A program made the position numbers and the translations under genes. Positions 1-9,256 of a DNA stretch of 57,505 nt are shown here, piece by piece. The stretch lies in assembly GCA_945828345.1 (NCBI GenBank), contig CALZRA010000001.1, positions 1 through 57,505 of the forward strand. The letters run 5' to 3'. Every line of letters starts with the position of its first letter. Position 1 is the stretch's first letter. The stretch comes from an uncultured Bacteroidales bacterium. Its GTDB lineage: Bacteria > Bacteroidota > Bacteroidia > Bacteroidales > Bacteroidaceae. The notes below the pieces were generated by a model. That model was not told where the DNA came from, did not search any database, and saw only the letters and a program-made list of their open reading frames with translations.

Positions 1-1582
1 CGGCCTCCTGCGGCGTGTAGCCCTTTCGCTCCATCTTGCGGGCGAAGATTTCGGCATAGCGGTGGCGGCGTTCGTTCTGCGTGTCGTTGCGCAGGTTCAG
101 GATTTCGATGCCGTCGAGGTTCAGCTTCAGCTCGTCGGCAATTTTGTGAATCTGCACGTCGTTGCCCAGCAGGACGGGGAAGCAGATGCCCTCCTCCTTG
201 GCGCGTACGGCAGCTTCGAGCATGGTGGGGTGCGTGCCTTCGGCAAAGACCACGCGCTTCGGGTTCGAGCGGGCCGTATCGTAGAGGTTCTGGGTGAATT
301 TCGACTCCTGTCCCATCAGTTCGCGCAGGCTCTGTCGGTAAGCCTTCCAGTCGGTGATGGGCTTGCGGGCCACGCCGCTGTCCATGGCAGCCTTGGCCAC
401 AGCCATCGACACTTCGGTGATGAGTCGGGGGTCAACGGGCTTGGGAATGAAGTAGTCAGGGCCGAAGGTGAAGTTGCGCACGTGGTAGGCGCGGTTCACG
501 ATGTCGGGCACGGGACGGCGGGCCAGGTCGGCAATGGCCTGTGCGGCGGCCATCTTCATTTCCTCGTTGATAGCCTTGGCGGCTGTGTCGAGTGCGCCGC
601 GGAAGATGTAGGGGAAGCCGATGACGTTGTTAATCTGGTTCGGGTAGTCGGTGCGTCCGGTGCTCATCAGCACGTCGGGGCGGGCCGCCATGGCATCTTC
701 GTAGGATATTTCGGGCACGGGGTTGGCCAGCGCAAAGATGATGGGGCTCGATGCCATGGAGCGCACCATTTCCTGGGTGAGCACATTGCCCTTCGACAGG
801 CCCACGAAGACGTCGGCCCCGTTGACGGCCTCGGCCAGCGTGTGTACGTCGGTGCGTTCGGTGGCAAATTCGCGCTTCTGCTCGTTGAGGTTTTCGCGGT
901 CAGCGGTGATTACGCCCTTGGAGTCGAGCATCACCACGTTCTCCCGGCGGGCACCGAAGGCACAGTAGAGGCGGGTGCATGAAATGGCAGCCGCGCCGGC
1001 ACCGTTCACCACGATCTTGGCGTCTTCAATCTTCTTGCCCGCCACGCTCAGCGCGTTGATGAGGCCTGCGGCCGAGATGATGGCCGTGCCGTGCTGGTCA
1101 TCGTGCATTACGGGAATGTCCAGCTCAGCCTTGAGCCGCCGCTCTATCTCGAAACATTCGGGAGCCTTGATGTCCTCCAGGTTAATGCCGCCGAAGGTGG
1201 GCGCAATGGCCTTCACGGCAGCGATGAACTTTTCGGGGTCTTTCTCGTCCACTTCGATGTCGAAGGCATCGACCCCGGCATAAATCTTGAACAGCAGGCT
1301 CTTGCCCTCCATGACGGGTTTGCCGCTCATGGCCCCGATGTCGCCCAGTCCGAGCACAGCGGTGCCGTTCGAGATGACGGCCACGAGGTTGCCCTTGTTG
1401 GTGTAGCGGTAGGCATCGTGCGGGTTCTGCTGTATTTCCAGACACGGCTCTGCCACGCCGGGCGAGTAAGCCAGCGAAAGGTCGGTTTGGGTGCGGTAAG
1501 GCTTGGTGGGAACCACCTCGATTTTTCCCGGCTTGCCCATTTCGTGGTATCGGAGGGCAGCCTCTTTCGTAATCTTAACCAT
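1..1582 (-). CDS. maeB: NADP-dependent malic enzyme (MaeB type), 3' end runs off the window
   Basis: Missing from the ORF track because no stop falls in the window. Read by hand from the ATG at 1582: [29 protein letters not shown], then [45 protein letters not shown]. Confidence 0.95.
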   Translation of the reverse strand, partial: MVKITKEAALRYHEMGKPGKIEVVPTKPYRTQTDLSLAYSPGVAEPCLEIQQNPHDAYRYTNKGNLVAVISNGTAVLGLGDIGAMSGKPVMEGKSLLFKIYAGVDAFDIEVDEKDPEKFIAAVKAIAPTFGGINLEDIKAPECFEIERRLKAELDIPVMHDDQHGTAIISAAGLINALSVAGKKIEDAKIVVNGAGAAAISCTRLYCAFGARRENVVMLDSKGVITADRENLNEQKREFATERTDVHTLAEAVNGADVFVGLSKGNVLTQEMVRSMASSPIIFALANPVPEISYEDAMAARPDVLMSTGRTDYPNQINNVIGFPYIFRGALDTAAKAINEEMKMAAAQAIADLARRPVPDIVNRAYHVRNFTFGPDYFIPKPVDPRLITEVSMAVAKAAMDSGVARKPITDWKAYRQSLRELMGQESKFTQNLYDTARSNPKRVVFAEGTHPTMLEAAVRAKEEGICFPVLLGNDVQIHKIADELKLNLDGIEILNLRNDTQNERRHRYAEIFARKMERKGYTPQEA

Positions 1583-1628
1583 GGAGTGCGTATGTAGTTT
1601 GTTCGTTTTTGTTTGGTGAATGGTGCGG

Positions 1629-1659
1629 CAAATTTACGCCTTTTGCAGCAAGGCGCAAA
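1629..1659 (-). promoter_or_regulatory. Bacteroidetes primary-sigma promoter for maeB
   Basis: Minus strand TTTG (1656-1659), 19-nt spacer, TAAATTTG (1629-1636); matches TTTG-N19-21-TAnnTTTG. Confidence 0.7.
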
Positions 1660-1873
1660 ACCTGAGACAAAAGTTTTGGTGCGTTTTTCCGTCAGTTTAT
1701 GACACAACAATCCCCATGTGGCGGGGCGGGCTGTGCTCGTGTTGGCTGAGGCGGCGGAGTGACATTAACATATTTAACCTTTGTGTGCAATGGACGTGCC
1801 TCTTCCTTGGCAGTGTCAGGGCCGTAAAACAGTGTCGGGCAGCTTTCTGGAGCAGAAAGGCAGCCCGTCAGCG

Positions 1874-1930
1874 ACAACTCGGCACTTGGTTTTTACAACT
1901 CGGCACTCCGTCCAGACAACTCCAGGACTT
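1874..1930. repeat. 21-bp-period tandem repeat, core ACAACTCGGCACT, 3 copies
   Basis: Copies start at 1874, 1895 and 1916 (third degenerate); same core recurs at 53016-53072. Confidence 0.8.
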
Positions 1931-1971
1931 GTTGCGCCGCGTCCGCTTCGGTTTTCATCCGTTTTTGGGGT

Positions 1972-2014
1972 AAAAAGAAAGGAGGGAACCCTTGGTGCGG
2001 GGTTCCCTCCTTTT
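1972..2014 (-). terminator. Intrinsic terminator at the end of the arg/OMP transcription unit (possibly bidirectional)
   Basis: AAAGGAGGGAACCC-8 nt-GGGTTCCCTCCTTT hairpin with T-runs on both strands. Confidence 0.8.
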
Positions 2015-2102
2015 GTCAGTACAAAGATAGTGCCTGGTTCGCAACTATCCAAATCGCTGGCAGCGGCGTTAACATTTCAGTCTCCCACTCCGCGTGGCGG
2101 AG

Positions 2103-2585
2103 TCAGAAGCGGTAGGTCAGCGTCACGCCGATGTTTCGGAATCCGCTGTCAATGACCTTGAAGCTGTCGCCCAGGTTGAAGGCCACCATCGGGCGGTAGT
2201 CCAGTCCGACCGTGAGCGGAATGTCGCAGAGCGTGAAGCCGAAGCCCAGTGTGCCCACCGGGCCTACGATGAGGTCGTGGTCATCGTGGTGGCTGTAGCA
2301 GCCGAGGCCCGCGCCGTAGCCGCCCCAGCACTTCCACACGGCGAAGCCCGGTGTCCAGTCCCAGCTGTGGAGGTTCCAGTTGTAGATGCCTTGGGCGGCA
2401 AAGCCTTTGTCGAAGTCGAACAGGCCCAGCGTCACGTCCAGGAAGTTCCGCTTGCTGAAGTGGTACTGGTATTCGATGTCGGTGGTTGAGCCGCCAAAGT
2501 GTACGCCCAGCGCGTGTGCGCTGTTTTGTGCCTGTGCCTGATGGGCCGAAAGGGCGAGCAGCAGGCCGAGAATGAGTTTTTTCAT
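2103..2585 (-). CDS. Small outer-membrane beta-barrel protein
   Basis: Signal peptide MKKLILGLLLALSAHQAQA, amphipathic strands (PLTVGLDYRP), C-terminal LTYRF barrel signal. Confidence 0.8.
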   Translation of the reverse strand: MKKLILGLLLALSAHQAQAQNSAHALGVHFGGSTTDIEYQYHFSKRNFLDVTLGLFDFDKGFAAQGIYNWNLHSWDWTPGFAVWKCWGGYGAGLGCYSHHDDHDLIVGPVGTLGFGFTLCDIPLTVGLDYRPMVAFNLGDSFKVIDSGFRNIGVTLTYRF

Positions 2586-2602
2586 AAGCAGGAAGGGTTT
2601 GG

Positions 2603-3736
2603 TCAGAAAGCAGCTTGCATACGGCGCAGGGCTTCGGTGGCCTGTTCCATGCTCAGGGTGAGCGGCGGGAGCAGGCGCAGGATGTGGGTCGAGGCGGCCC
2701 CGGTGAAGAGGTGTTGCTCGTGGACGAGCCGTCCCCGGTAGTCCTTGATGGGTGCGTCAAACTCCACGCCGATCATCAGGCCGCGTCCGCGCACGTCGAC
2801 AATGTGCGGGTTCTCCGCTTGCCACTGCTTCAGGCGGTCGAGCAGGAAGTCACCCACTTGGGCCGCATGGGGCACTAATTGCTCGGTCTCCATCACGTCG
2901 AGCACAGCCAGTGCAGCCGAACAGGCCAGGTGGTTGCCGCCGAAGGTCGTGCCCAGCAGGCCGTAGGTGGCCTCGAACTTCGGCGAGATGAGTACTGCCC
3001 CCATGGGGAAACCGTTGGCTATGCCTTTGGCACAGGTGATGAGGTCGGGCTCTACGTCCAGGTGCTGGTGGGCGAAGAAGCGGCCCGAGCGGCCGTAGCC
3101 ACACTGTATCTCGTCGCACACGAGTACGGTGCCCGTGGCATGGCAGGCCCGGCGCAGCCCCTGCATAAATTCGCGTGTGGCCATGCGGATGCCGCCCACG
3201 CCTTGGATACACTCGACAATGACAGCCGCCACATCACCCTTCTGCAGCTCGGCTTCAAAGGCCGGCAGGTCGTTGAGCGGCAGGAAAGTCACGTGTCCGC
3301 CAGCGTTCACCGGGGCCACAATACGCGGGTTGTCGGTCGCTTCGACTGCCAGCGAGGTACGTCCGTGAAAGGCTTTCGAGGCAGCCAGCACGCGCTTGCG
3401 TCCCGTGTGGAAGGAGGCTAACTTCAGCGCGTTCTCGTTGGCCTCGGCTCCCGAGTTCACTAAGAAGAGCTGGTAGTCGGGATAGCCGCACAGCTTGCCC
3501 AGCCGCTGGGCCAGCTGCTCTTGCAGCTTGTTCACCACGGAGTTCGAGTAGAAGCCCAGCGTGTGCAGCTGCTTTTCGACCTCTGCCACATAGTGTGGAT
3601 GACAGTGGCCGATGCTGATTACGGCGTGGCCGCCATAGAGGTCCAGGTACTCCTGCTGCTGGTCGTCGTAGACACAGCAGCCTCGTCCTTCGACGATGTG
3701 GATGTTGAAAAGGGGATATACAGGAAATAAGTTCAT
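2603..3736 (-). CDS. argD: Acetyl/succinyl-ornithine aminotransferase (class III PLP)
   Basis: YLDLYGGHAV, NSGAEANE, FHGRT, DEIQCGYGRSG, AKGIANGFP, GTTFGGNH; start taken at MNLFPVYP; arg cluster context. Confidence 0.92.
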   Translation of the reverse strand: MNLFPVYPLFNIHIVEGRGCCVYDDQQQEYLDLYGGHAVISIGHCHPHYVAEVEKQLHTLGFYSNSVVNKLQEQLAQRLGKLCGYPDYQLFLVNSGAEANENALKLASFHTGRKRVLAASKAFHGRTSLAVEATDNPRIVAPVNAGGHVTFLPLNDLPAFEAELQKGDVAAVIVECIQGVGGIRMATREFMQGLRRACHATGTVLVCDEIQCGYGRSGRFFAHQHLDVEPDLITCAKGIANGFPMGAVLISPKFEATYGLLGTTFGGNHLACSAALAVLDVMETEQLVPHAAQVGDFLLDRLKQWQAENPHIVDVRGRGLMIGVEFDAPIKDYRGRLVHEQHLFTGAASTHILRLLPPLTLSMEQATEALRRMQAAF

Positions 3737-3789
3737 CGGTTGGGAAGGTGAGGGAGGGAAAGCAACTTTCGCGGGATAGCGAAAGTTGC

Positions 3790-3912
3790 AGGTTATCAGG
3801 TTATGGTCGCTTCGCTCCACGGTTATGAGGTTATAAGGTTACTTGGTGCGGCGTGAATCCTGCCTTTTGATAGTTACTTGATAACCTTATAACCTCATGA
3901 CCCGTAACCTTC
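3790..3912. repeat. Intergenic hairpin with GGTTATGA / TCATAACC-type repeat arms, no REP core
   Basis: ggttatcaggttatgg...ggttatgaggttataaggtta pairs with taaccttataacctcatgacccgtaacct; same arm motif as the 44.0, 47.9 and 49.6 kb elements. Confidence 0.7.
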
Positions 3913-3969
3913 GGCCCACGATGCCCTGTGAGGGGTATGTATGGGCCTGCGGCAAACCTGCGTCCGGGG

Positions 3970-4938
3970 TCAGAAAGCCACGGGCTTGAGGCGCAGGCCG
4001 GTGTCTTCCTCCAGTCCGAACATCAGGTTCATGTTCTGTACCGCCTGGCCCGAAGCACCCTTCAGGAGATTGTCGATACAGGCCGTGACGAGCAGCTTGT
4101 CGCGGTGGCGTTCGGCGTGGATGAGACACTTGTTGGTGTTCACCACCTGCTTCAGGTCGAGCGGACGGCCGATATAGTGGGTGAAGGCCGCTTCGCTGTA
4201 GAAGTCGCGGTAGTAACCCTCGATTTCCTCGATCGGAGCGTCACAGCTGACCACCTCGGTGGCAAAGATGCCGCGCGGAAAGTCACCCCGGTAGGGGATG
4301 AAGTCGATTTCACCGGCGTAGCCCGGCTGTAGCTGTTGGAGCGACTGCTTGATTTCGGGCACGTGCTGGTGTTCGAACGCCTTGTAGATACTCATGTTGC
4401 CCGTGCGCCAAGAGAAGTGCGTCGTGCTGCCTGGCTTTACGCCTGCTCCCGTAGAGCCGGTGATGGCATTGACCGCCACGTCGCCCTTGAGCAGGCCCGC
4501 TTCGGCCAGCGGCAGGAGGCCCAGCTGGATGCAGGTGGCAAAGCAGCCGGGATTGGCCACGTGGAGTGCGCCGCACAGCTGGTTGCGGTTCAGTTCGGGA
4601 AGGCCATAGACATAGTCGTTGTCGTCGGCGGCCAACCTGAAGTCCTGTGCGAGGTCGATGATGCGCACATCAGCCGGAATGTAGTGCTCGGCCAGGAAGC
4701 GGGTACTCTTTCCGTGGCCGAAGCAGAAGAACACCACGTCAACCTCATCAAAGGGCAGTGCATCGGTGAAACGCAGGTCGGTTTCGCCATACAGCCCTTC
4801 GTGGACGTCGGTCAGCAGGTTGCCCGCGTTGCTCTCGCTGTTGACAAACACGATTTCGGCCTCGGGGTGGTTCAGCAGCAGGCGGCAAAGCTCACCGGCG
4901 GTGTAGCCCGCGCCGCCTATAATTCCTATTCTAATCAT
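3970..4938 (-). CDS. argC: N-acetyl-gamma-glutamyl-phosphate reductase
   Basis: GGAGYTAGEL, YGLPE, ANPGCFAT, IDNLLKGASGQAVQNMN. Confidence 0.96.
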   Translation of the reverse strand: MIRIGIIGGAGYTAGELCRLLLNHPEAEIVFVNSESNAGNLLTDVHEGLYGETDLRFTDALPFDEVDVVFFCFGHGKSTRFLAEHYIPADVRIIDLAQDFRLAADDNDYVYGLPELNRNQLCGALHVANPGCFATCIQLGLLPLAEAGLLKGDVAVNAITGSTGAGVKPGSTTHFSWRTGNMSIYKAFEHQHVPEIKQSLQQLQPGYAGEIDFIPYRGDFPRGIFATEVVSCDAPIEEIEGYYRDFYSEAAFTHYIGRPLDLKQVVNTNKCLIHAERHRDKLLVTACIDNLLKGASGQAVQNMNLMFGLEEDTGLRLKPVAF

Positions 4939-4974
4939 GCGATTCTGCTTTGGGGTGCAAGAGGCGCACCGGGG

Positions 4975-6171
4975 TTACTGTTCGTCGGGGTGGTTGGAGT
5001 AGAACACACGCAGGGGCGTGCTCAGCACCTTGATGAAGCCCTTGGCGTCGTCAGCCGTCCAGCCCTTTTGCGTTTCGCCGTATTCGCCGAACTTCGTCTT
5101 CACCAAGTCGTCAGCACTCTCCACGCCTACCGTGCTGAAGCCTAACGGTCGCAGCTGCAGGATGGCCGTGCCGTTCACGTGGCGCTGCGAGCTGGTGAGC
5201 ATGGCCTCGATGTCGCGCATTACGGGTTCGAGATACTGGCTCTCGTGGAGGAACATGCCATACCAGTTGGCCACCTGGTCTTTCCAGTACTGCTGCCACT
5301 TCGACAGCGTGTACTTCTCCAAGAAGCGGTGTGCGCCGATAATCAGGGCGGGGGCGGCAGCCTCAAAGCCCACGCGGCCCTTGATGCCGATAATCGTGTC
5401 GCCCACGTGCATGTCGCGGCCTATGCCATAGGCTGCGCCGATTTCCTCGACCTTGCAGATAGCCTCGATGGGATTGTCATAGCGCACGCCGTTGACGGCC
5501 TTCAGCTCTCCCTGTTCGAAGGTGAGGCGCAGCTCTTCGGTGCCCTGTTTGGTCACCTGCTTCAGGTAAGCCTCTTCGGGCAGGCCCTGGGCCGAGTCGA
5601 GAATCTCGCCGCCGCAGATGCTGGTGCCCCAGATGCCCACGTTGTAGGAGTACTTCAGTTTGGCAAAGTCGGCCTCGAAGCCGTGGGCGTTCAGGTAGTC
5701 AACCTCCTCCTTGCGCGACAGGTTGCGGTCGCGCGTGAGTGTGATGATTTCCATGTCGGGACACATCACCAAGAAGGTCATGTCGAAGCGCACCTGGTCA
5801 TTGCCGGCACCCGTAGAGCCGTGCGCAATGGCATCGGCCCCGATTTCCTTGGCATAACGCGCAATGGCAATGCCCTGGAAGATGCGTTCCGACGACACCG
5901 ACACGGGGTAGACGTTGTTGCGCAGCACATTGCCATACACCATGTACTTCAGGCTCTTCTCGTAATACTCGTGGGTCACGTCGAGCGTCACATAGCGGGT
6001 GGCCCCCAGCTTGTAGGCGTTCTCTTCGTTCTTCTTCAGCTGCTCGGCGCTGAAGCCGCCCGTGTTGGCGCAGGCAGCGTGTACTTCATAGCCCATTTCC
6101 TTGGCCAGATACATCACTGTATATGAGGTGTCAAGTCCGCCGCTAAAGGCAACTACTACTTTCTTCTTCAT
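4975..6171 (-). CDS. argG: Argininosuccinate synthase
   Basis: KVVVAFSGGLDTS, AHGSTGAGNDQVRF, GIKGRVGFEAA; start taken at MKKKVV. Confidence 0.96.
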   Translation of the reverse strand: MKKKVVVAFSGGLDTSYTVMYLAKEMGYEVHAACANTGGFSAEQLKKNEENAYKLGATRYVTLDVTHEYYEKSLKYMVYGNVLRNNVYPVSVSSERIFQGIAIARYAKEIGADAIAHGSTGAGNDQVRFDMTFLVMCPDMEIITLTRDRNLSRKEEVDYLNAHGFEADFAKLKYSYNVGIWGTSICGGEILDSAQGLPEEAYLKQVTKQGTEELRLTFEQGELKAVNGVRYDNPIEAICKVEEIGAAYGIGRDMHVGDTIIGIKGRVGFEAAAPALIIGAHRFLEKYTLSKWQQYWKDQVANWYGMFLHESQYLEPVMRDIEAMLTSSQRHVNGTAILQLRPLGFSTVGVESADDLVKTKFGEYGETQKGWTADDAKGFIKVLSTPLRVFYSNHPDEQ

Positions 6172-6204
6172 GTTTGGGGAATTTGTTGGTTGGGGAATAC
6201 ACAT

Positions 6205-6404
6205 TATAGGGGTGTTCTATAAATTAGGCCGAGCTGGATGCTGGATTTTTAGAGATGACATTTTGTAAGTGGAGGAAGGAGCATAGCGGGCTATGCGACT
6301 GACGAGACTTGCAAAAGGTCGCTCTAAAAAACAGCAGGCAGCCGGAATAAATGAACTCACTCATGGGGCGTTCTTTAAAACCTAATTTATAGAACACCCC
6401 TATA
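6205..6404. mobile_element. MITE-like element (~200 bp) with perfect terminal inverted repeats and TA-rich flanks
   Basis: GGGGTGTTCTATAAATTAGG (6209-6228) and its exact reverse complement (6381-6400), TATA on both sides, long imperfect internal hairpin, no ORF. Confidence 0.8.
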
Positions 6405-6435
6405 TATATAGGTGGACGTGGCGGCCCGCTGCGGG

Positions 6436-7065
6436 TCAGGCTTCGTTCGCCTTGATGAAGTCGAGCACGTCCTGCGGGATTTCGACCGGCAGCGGGGTGT
6501 CGGGATGCCGCTCGGGGTCAAACAGCATGCCTGTGCACACGCAATACTTGCGGTTGGTGCGCGCCAGTACGTCGCAGTTGATGCAACACGGCTCGGCGGG
6601 CGTGCCGCAGCCCTTCCAGTATTCGTCGTCCTGTGTCAGTTCGCTGAAGGGAACGGGCACGTAGCCCAGCGATGTGTTGATGCGCATGACCGCGCCTGAG
6701 CTGGTCAGGCCGAAAATCTTGGCTTGCGGCCAGCGCACGCGGCTCAGCGAGAATGCCAGACGCTTGATGCGCGTGGCCAAGTGGTGGCCGCGGAACTTCG
6801 GCACCACGATGAGGCCCGAGTTGGCCACGTAGTGCTTGTTCTCCCAGCTCTCGATGTAGCAGAAGCCGGCAAACTCCTCGCCGTAGAGGGCGATGATGGC
6901 CTTGCGCTCCTTCATCTTCGTAGCCACATACTCGTGGGTACGGCTCGCAATGCCTGAGCCGCGCACCTTGGCCGCGTCGGTAATGGTCTGCAGAATGGTG
7001 TCAACATATTTCTCGTGCGAGGCGTCAGCCACCAGCACCTGTATGCCGTCGTTGTATTCTTCCAT
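6436..7065 (-). CDS. GNAT acyltransferase, probable Bacteroidetes-type N-acylglutamate synthase (ArgA role)
   Basis: GNAT motif A (LIVVPKFRGHHLATRIK), Cys-rich C-terminus, lies between argR and argG; alternative TTG start at 7083. Confidence 0.75.
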   Translation of the reverse strand: MEEYNDGIQVLVADASHEKYVDTILQTITDAAKVRGSGIASRTHEYVATKMKERKAIIALYGEEFAGFCYIESWENKHYVANSGLIVVPKFRGHHLATRIKRLAFSLSRVRWPQAKIFGLTSSGAVMRINTSLGYVPVPFSELTQDDEYWKGCGTPAEPCCINCDVLARTNRKYCVCTGMLFDPERHPDTPLPVEIPQDVLDFIKANEA

Positions 7066-7140
7066 GATGTTTTCTTCAGTCAATGTGGTTGTGTCTATGT
7101 GGTTAAGTCTCCGTGTCGGGGCGCGGACTTAGAAGCCCTG

Positions 7141-7647
7141 TCAGAGCACAATGCTCTTGATGGCCGGAATCACGGTGGAGAGCTCGTCGATAAACTCCTG
7201 TCGCTCGACAGCCTCGTTCATTACGACCAGGATGGTGTCGTCGCCGGCCACCGTGCCCACAGCCGTGTGGAGCTTGTGGCTGTCTATGTCGGAGGCCAAG
7301 CCTGCTGCGTAACCCGGGCGCGTGTGGAGTACGGCCAGATTGCCCGAAAAGTCAATCGACAGGAAGCCCGTGTTGCGCAGGTACTCGGGCACGATTTCAG
7401 GTTTCACCGTGCGGCGGTACAGCGGGCTTTCGGGCAGAATGTAGCGGTAGCCCTCGGGCCCCAGCACCTTGGCGGCGTGCAGCTTGCTCAGGTCGCGCGA
7501 CAGAGTGGCCTGCGTGATGTTCCAGCCGTTTTGCGCCAGTTCTTTCAAAATGTCTTCGTGGCTGCCCATGCTGCTGCTCGCCAAAATCACGCGCAGCACT
7601 TCCAGCCGTTGCATTCTGTTGCTCATTTTATGCGGAGTGTTATTCAT
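7141..7647 (-). CDS. argR: Arginine repressor
   Basis: TQATLSRDL w[20 protein letters not shown]; alternative start at 7626. Confidence 0.95.
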   Translation of the reverse strand: MNNTPHKMSNRMQRLEVLRVILASSSMGSHEDILKELAQNGWNITQATLSRDLSKLHAAKVLGPEGYRYILPESPLYRRTVKPEIVPEYLRNTGFLSIDFSGNLAVLHTRPGYAAGLASDIDSHKLHTAVGTVAGDDTILVVMNEAVERQEFIDELSTVIPAIKSIVL

Positions 7648-7699
7648 TCGATTCTTGCCAGTTCAATGAGGTTGGGAACAGTCGTTCCAAACACGCTTT

Positions 7700-7912
7700 G
7701 AAGGGTTTAAGGCACGCCCCGAAGGGGCAATAGCGCACAGCCCAGGGCAACGCCCTGGGGGGCATGTGGCGATAAGGCACGCCCTGCAAGGGCAAAAGCG
7801 TTGACCCATAACGCCAATCCTCTCATGCTTTTGCCCTTGCAGGGCGCATGGGCGGCGGTGAACTGACCCAGGGCGTTGCCCTGGGCTATGTGCTTGTTGG
7901 GCTTTCAGCCCG
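7700..7912. repeat. REP/REPIN-like compound palindrome (copy 1), in the arg leader
   Basis: GCCCCGAAGGGGC, CCCAGGGCAACGCCCTGGG and GCCCTGCAAGGGCAAAAGC followed by their inverted counterparts. Confidence 0.85.
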
Positions 7913-8092
7913 CTCCTCATAGCCTGTTAACCAGCAGTGGTTACGTGTTAGACTTGAACTGTGTGTTCGCAGTCGGTTACGATAGACTTGCAAGCGCGCT
8001 CTGCACGCCCGCGCAAGAAAAGGCAAGTGAGCGCAAGGCATCAACAAGCTCCGCCTCGGCACTCACTTGCACAAACTTGCATAATTTGGCTG

Positions 8093-8100
8093 CAAATATA
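8093..8100 (-). promoter_or_regulatory. -7 promoter element for the arg operon
   Basis: Minus strand TATATTTG(CA); an AT-rich, weakly ARG-box-like TGAATTTATTACAT lies just upstream (~8129-8142). Confidence 0.5.
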
Positions 8101-8147
8101 GGCATACTTCCCGAACCGGAAAGCATATATGTAATAAATTCAAAAGT

Positions 8148-9086
8148 TTATGCGCAATTTCCTGTACGGTTCGCTTTGCGGAGCTTCAGGCAGGCCCATC
8201 CGTCGAGCACGCGCTGGTCTACCAGCTCCAAACCCTGCCTTTCAGCTTCGGCCAGCAGTTGCGGCACGTCGGTGTCGTAGAATCCGCTCATGTAGATGCA
8301 GGCGTTGGGCTTCATGCGCGGTACATAGTGTTGCAGGTCGTTCAGCAGGATGCCCAGGTTGATGTTGGCCAACACGAGGTCGAAAGGCCCCTTGTCGGCC
8401 AACGACTGCGCATTGCCCAGCTCCACGTCGATGCCGTCCAACTGGTTCAGCGCAATGTTGTCGAGCGAGTTGCGCACGCACCAGTCGTCGACATCGATGG
8501 CCACGCAGTGGCGTGCGCCTCGCATACGGGCCAGAATGGCGAGGATGCTTGTGCCACAACCCATGTCGAGTACTTCCATGCCAGCCACTTCGTCGCTCAG
8601 CAGGCGGCTGATCATCTGCGAGGTGGTGGCATGGTGGCCTGTGCCAAACGACATTTGCGGGTTGATGGTGATGTGGTATTCGGCCTGGGGCACGTCCTTG
8701 TGGAAGGTGCCGGCAATCACGCAGCGTCCGTCGACGACTAATGGCTGGAAATAGTTTTTCTCCCATTCCTCATTCCAGTCCTTGTCTTCCGCCTCGGCCA
8801 TCACGTAGTCTATGCGCACGTCGGGCAGCGGGAAGTTGGCGAGTACCTCATCGAGGGCCTCCTGACTGAAGAGCTGTTGCTGGATGTAGCACCTGAAGTG
8901 GTCGGCTTCGGCTTTTTCGGCAAATTCCGGATGCTCGGGATTGGCGGCATGGGCCACTGCGGGCCGGTCGAGTTCATCGGTGTGGACAAAGCTGTCGAAA
9001 CCAATTTCGGCCAGTACGGCCGAGAGCACATCCTGCACAGCCTCGGTGGCGGGATGTGTGGTGAAGGTGAATTCTAAATATTTCAT
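8148..9086 (-). CDS. prmA: Ribosomal protein L11 methyltransferase
   Basis: DWNEEWEK, PQMSFGTGHHATT, VLDMGCGTSILAI, FDLVLANIN; start taken at MKYLEFTF. Confidence 0.95.
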   Translation of the reverse strand: MKYLEFTFTTHPATEAVQDVLSAVLAEIGFDSFVHTDELDRPAVAHAANPEHPEFAEKAEADHFRCYIQQQLFSQEALDEVLANFPLPDVRIDYVMAEAEDKDWNEEWEKNYFQPLVVDGRCVIAGTFHKDVPQAEYHITINPQMSFGTGHHATTSQMISRLLSDEVAGMEVLDMGCGTSILAILARMRGARHCVAIDVDDWCVRNSLDNIALNQLDGIDVELGNAQSLADKGPFDLVLANINLGILLNDLQHYVPRMKPNACIYMSGFYDTDVPQLLAEAERQGLELVDQRVLDGWACLKLRKANRTGNCA

Positions 9087-9158
9087 GGGGCTATCTTGAA
9101 TGTCTGACAATACCGCAGGACACCCGGCGGCACCGTGCCGTCGGATGCCCTGCGGCTG

Positions 9159-9192
9159 CAAAGGTAAGTATTTCTGGCGTGTGAGCTACAAA
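9159..9192 (-). promoter_or_regulatory. Promoter for prmA
   Basis: TACCTTTG at 9159-9166 (minus) with TTTG at 9189-9192 (22-nt spacer). Confidence 0.5.
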
Positions 9193-9232
9193 AAAAGCTG
9201 CGCTCAGACCATTCAGAGGTTCTGAGCGCAGC
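9190..9232 (-). terminator. Intrinsic terminator after the small membrane-protein gene
   Basis: GCTGCGCTCAGA-12 nt-TCTGAGCGCAGC followed by a T-run on the minus strand. Confidence 0.8.
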
Positions 9233-9256
9233 AGGACGCTGAGTTCTGTGTGTGCG

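Noticed and set aside
62-1597. Long plus-strand ORFs (306 aa, 168 aa)
   Set aside because: Antisense shadows of maeB, whose minus-strand frame has clear malic-enzyme motifs.
7663-7920. Small ORFs over REP elements (also 43954-44181 and 49707-49925)
   Set aside because: They are translations of the palindromic repeat with no independent coding signal.
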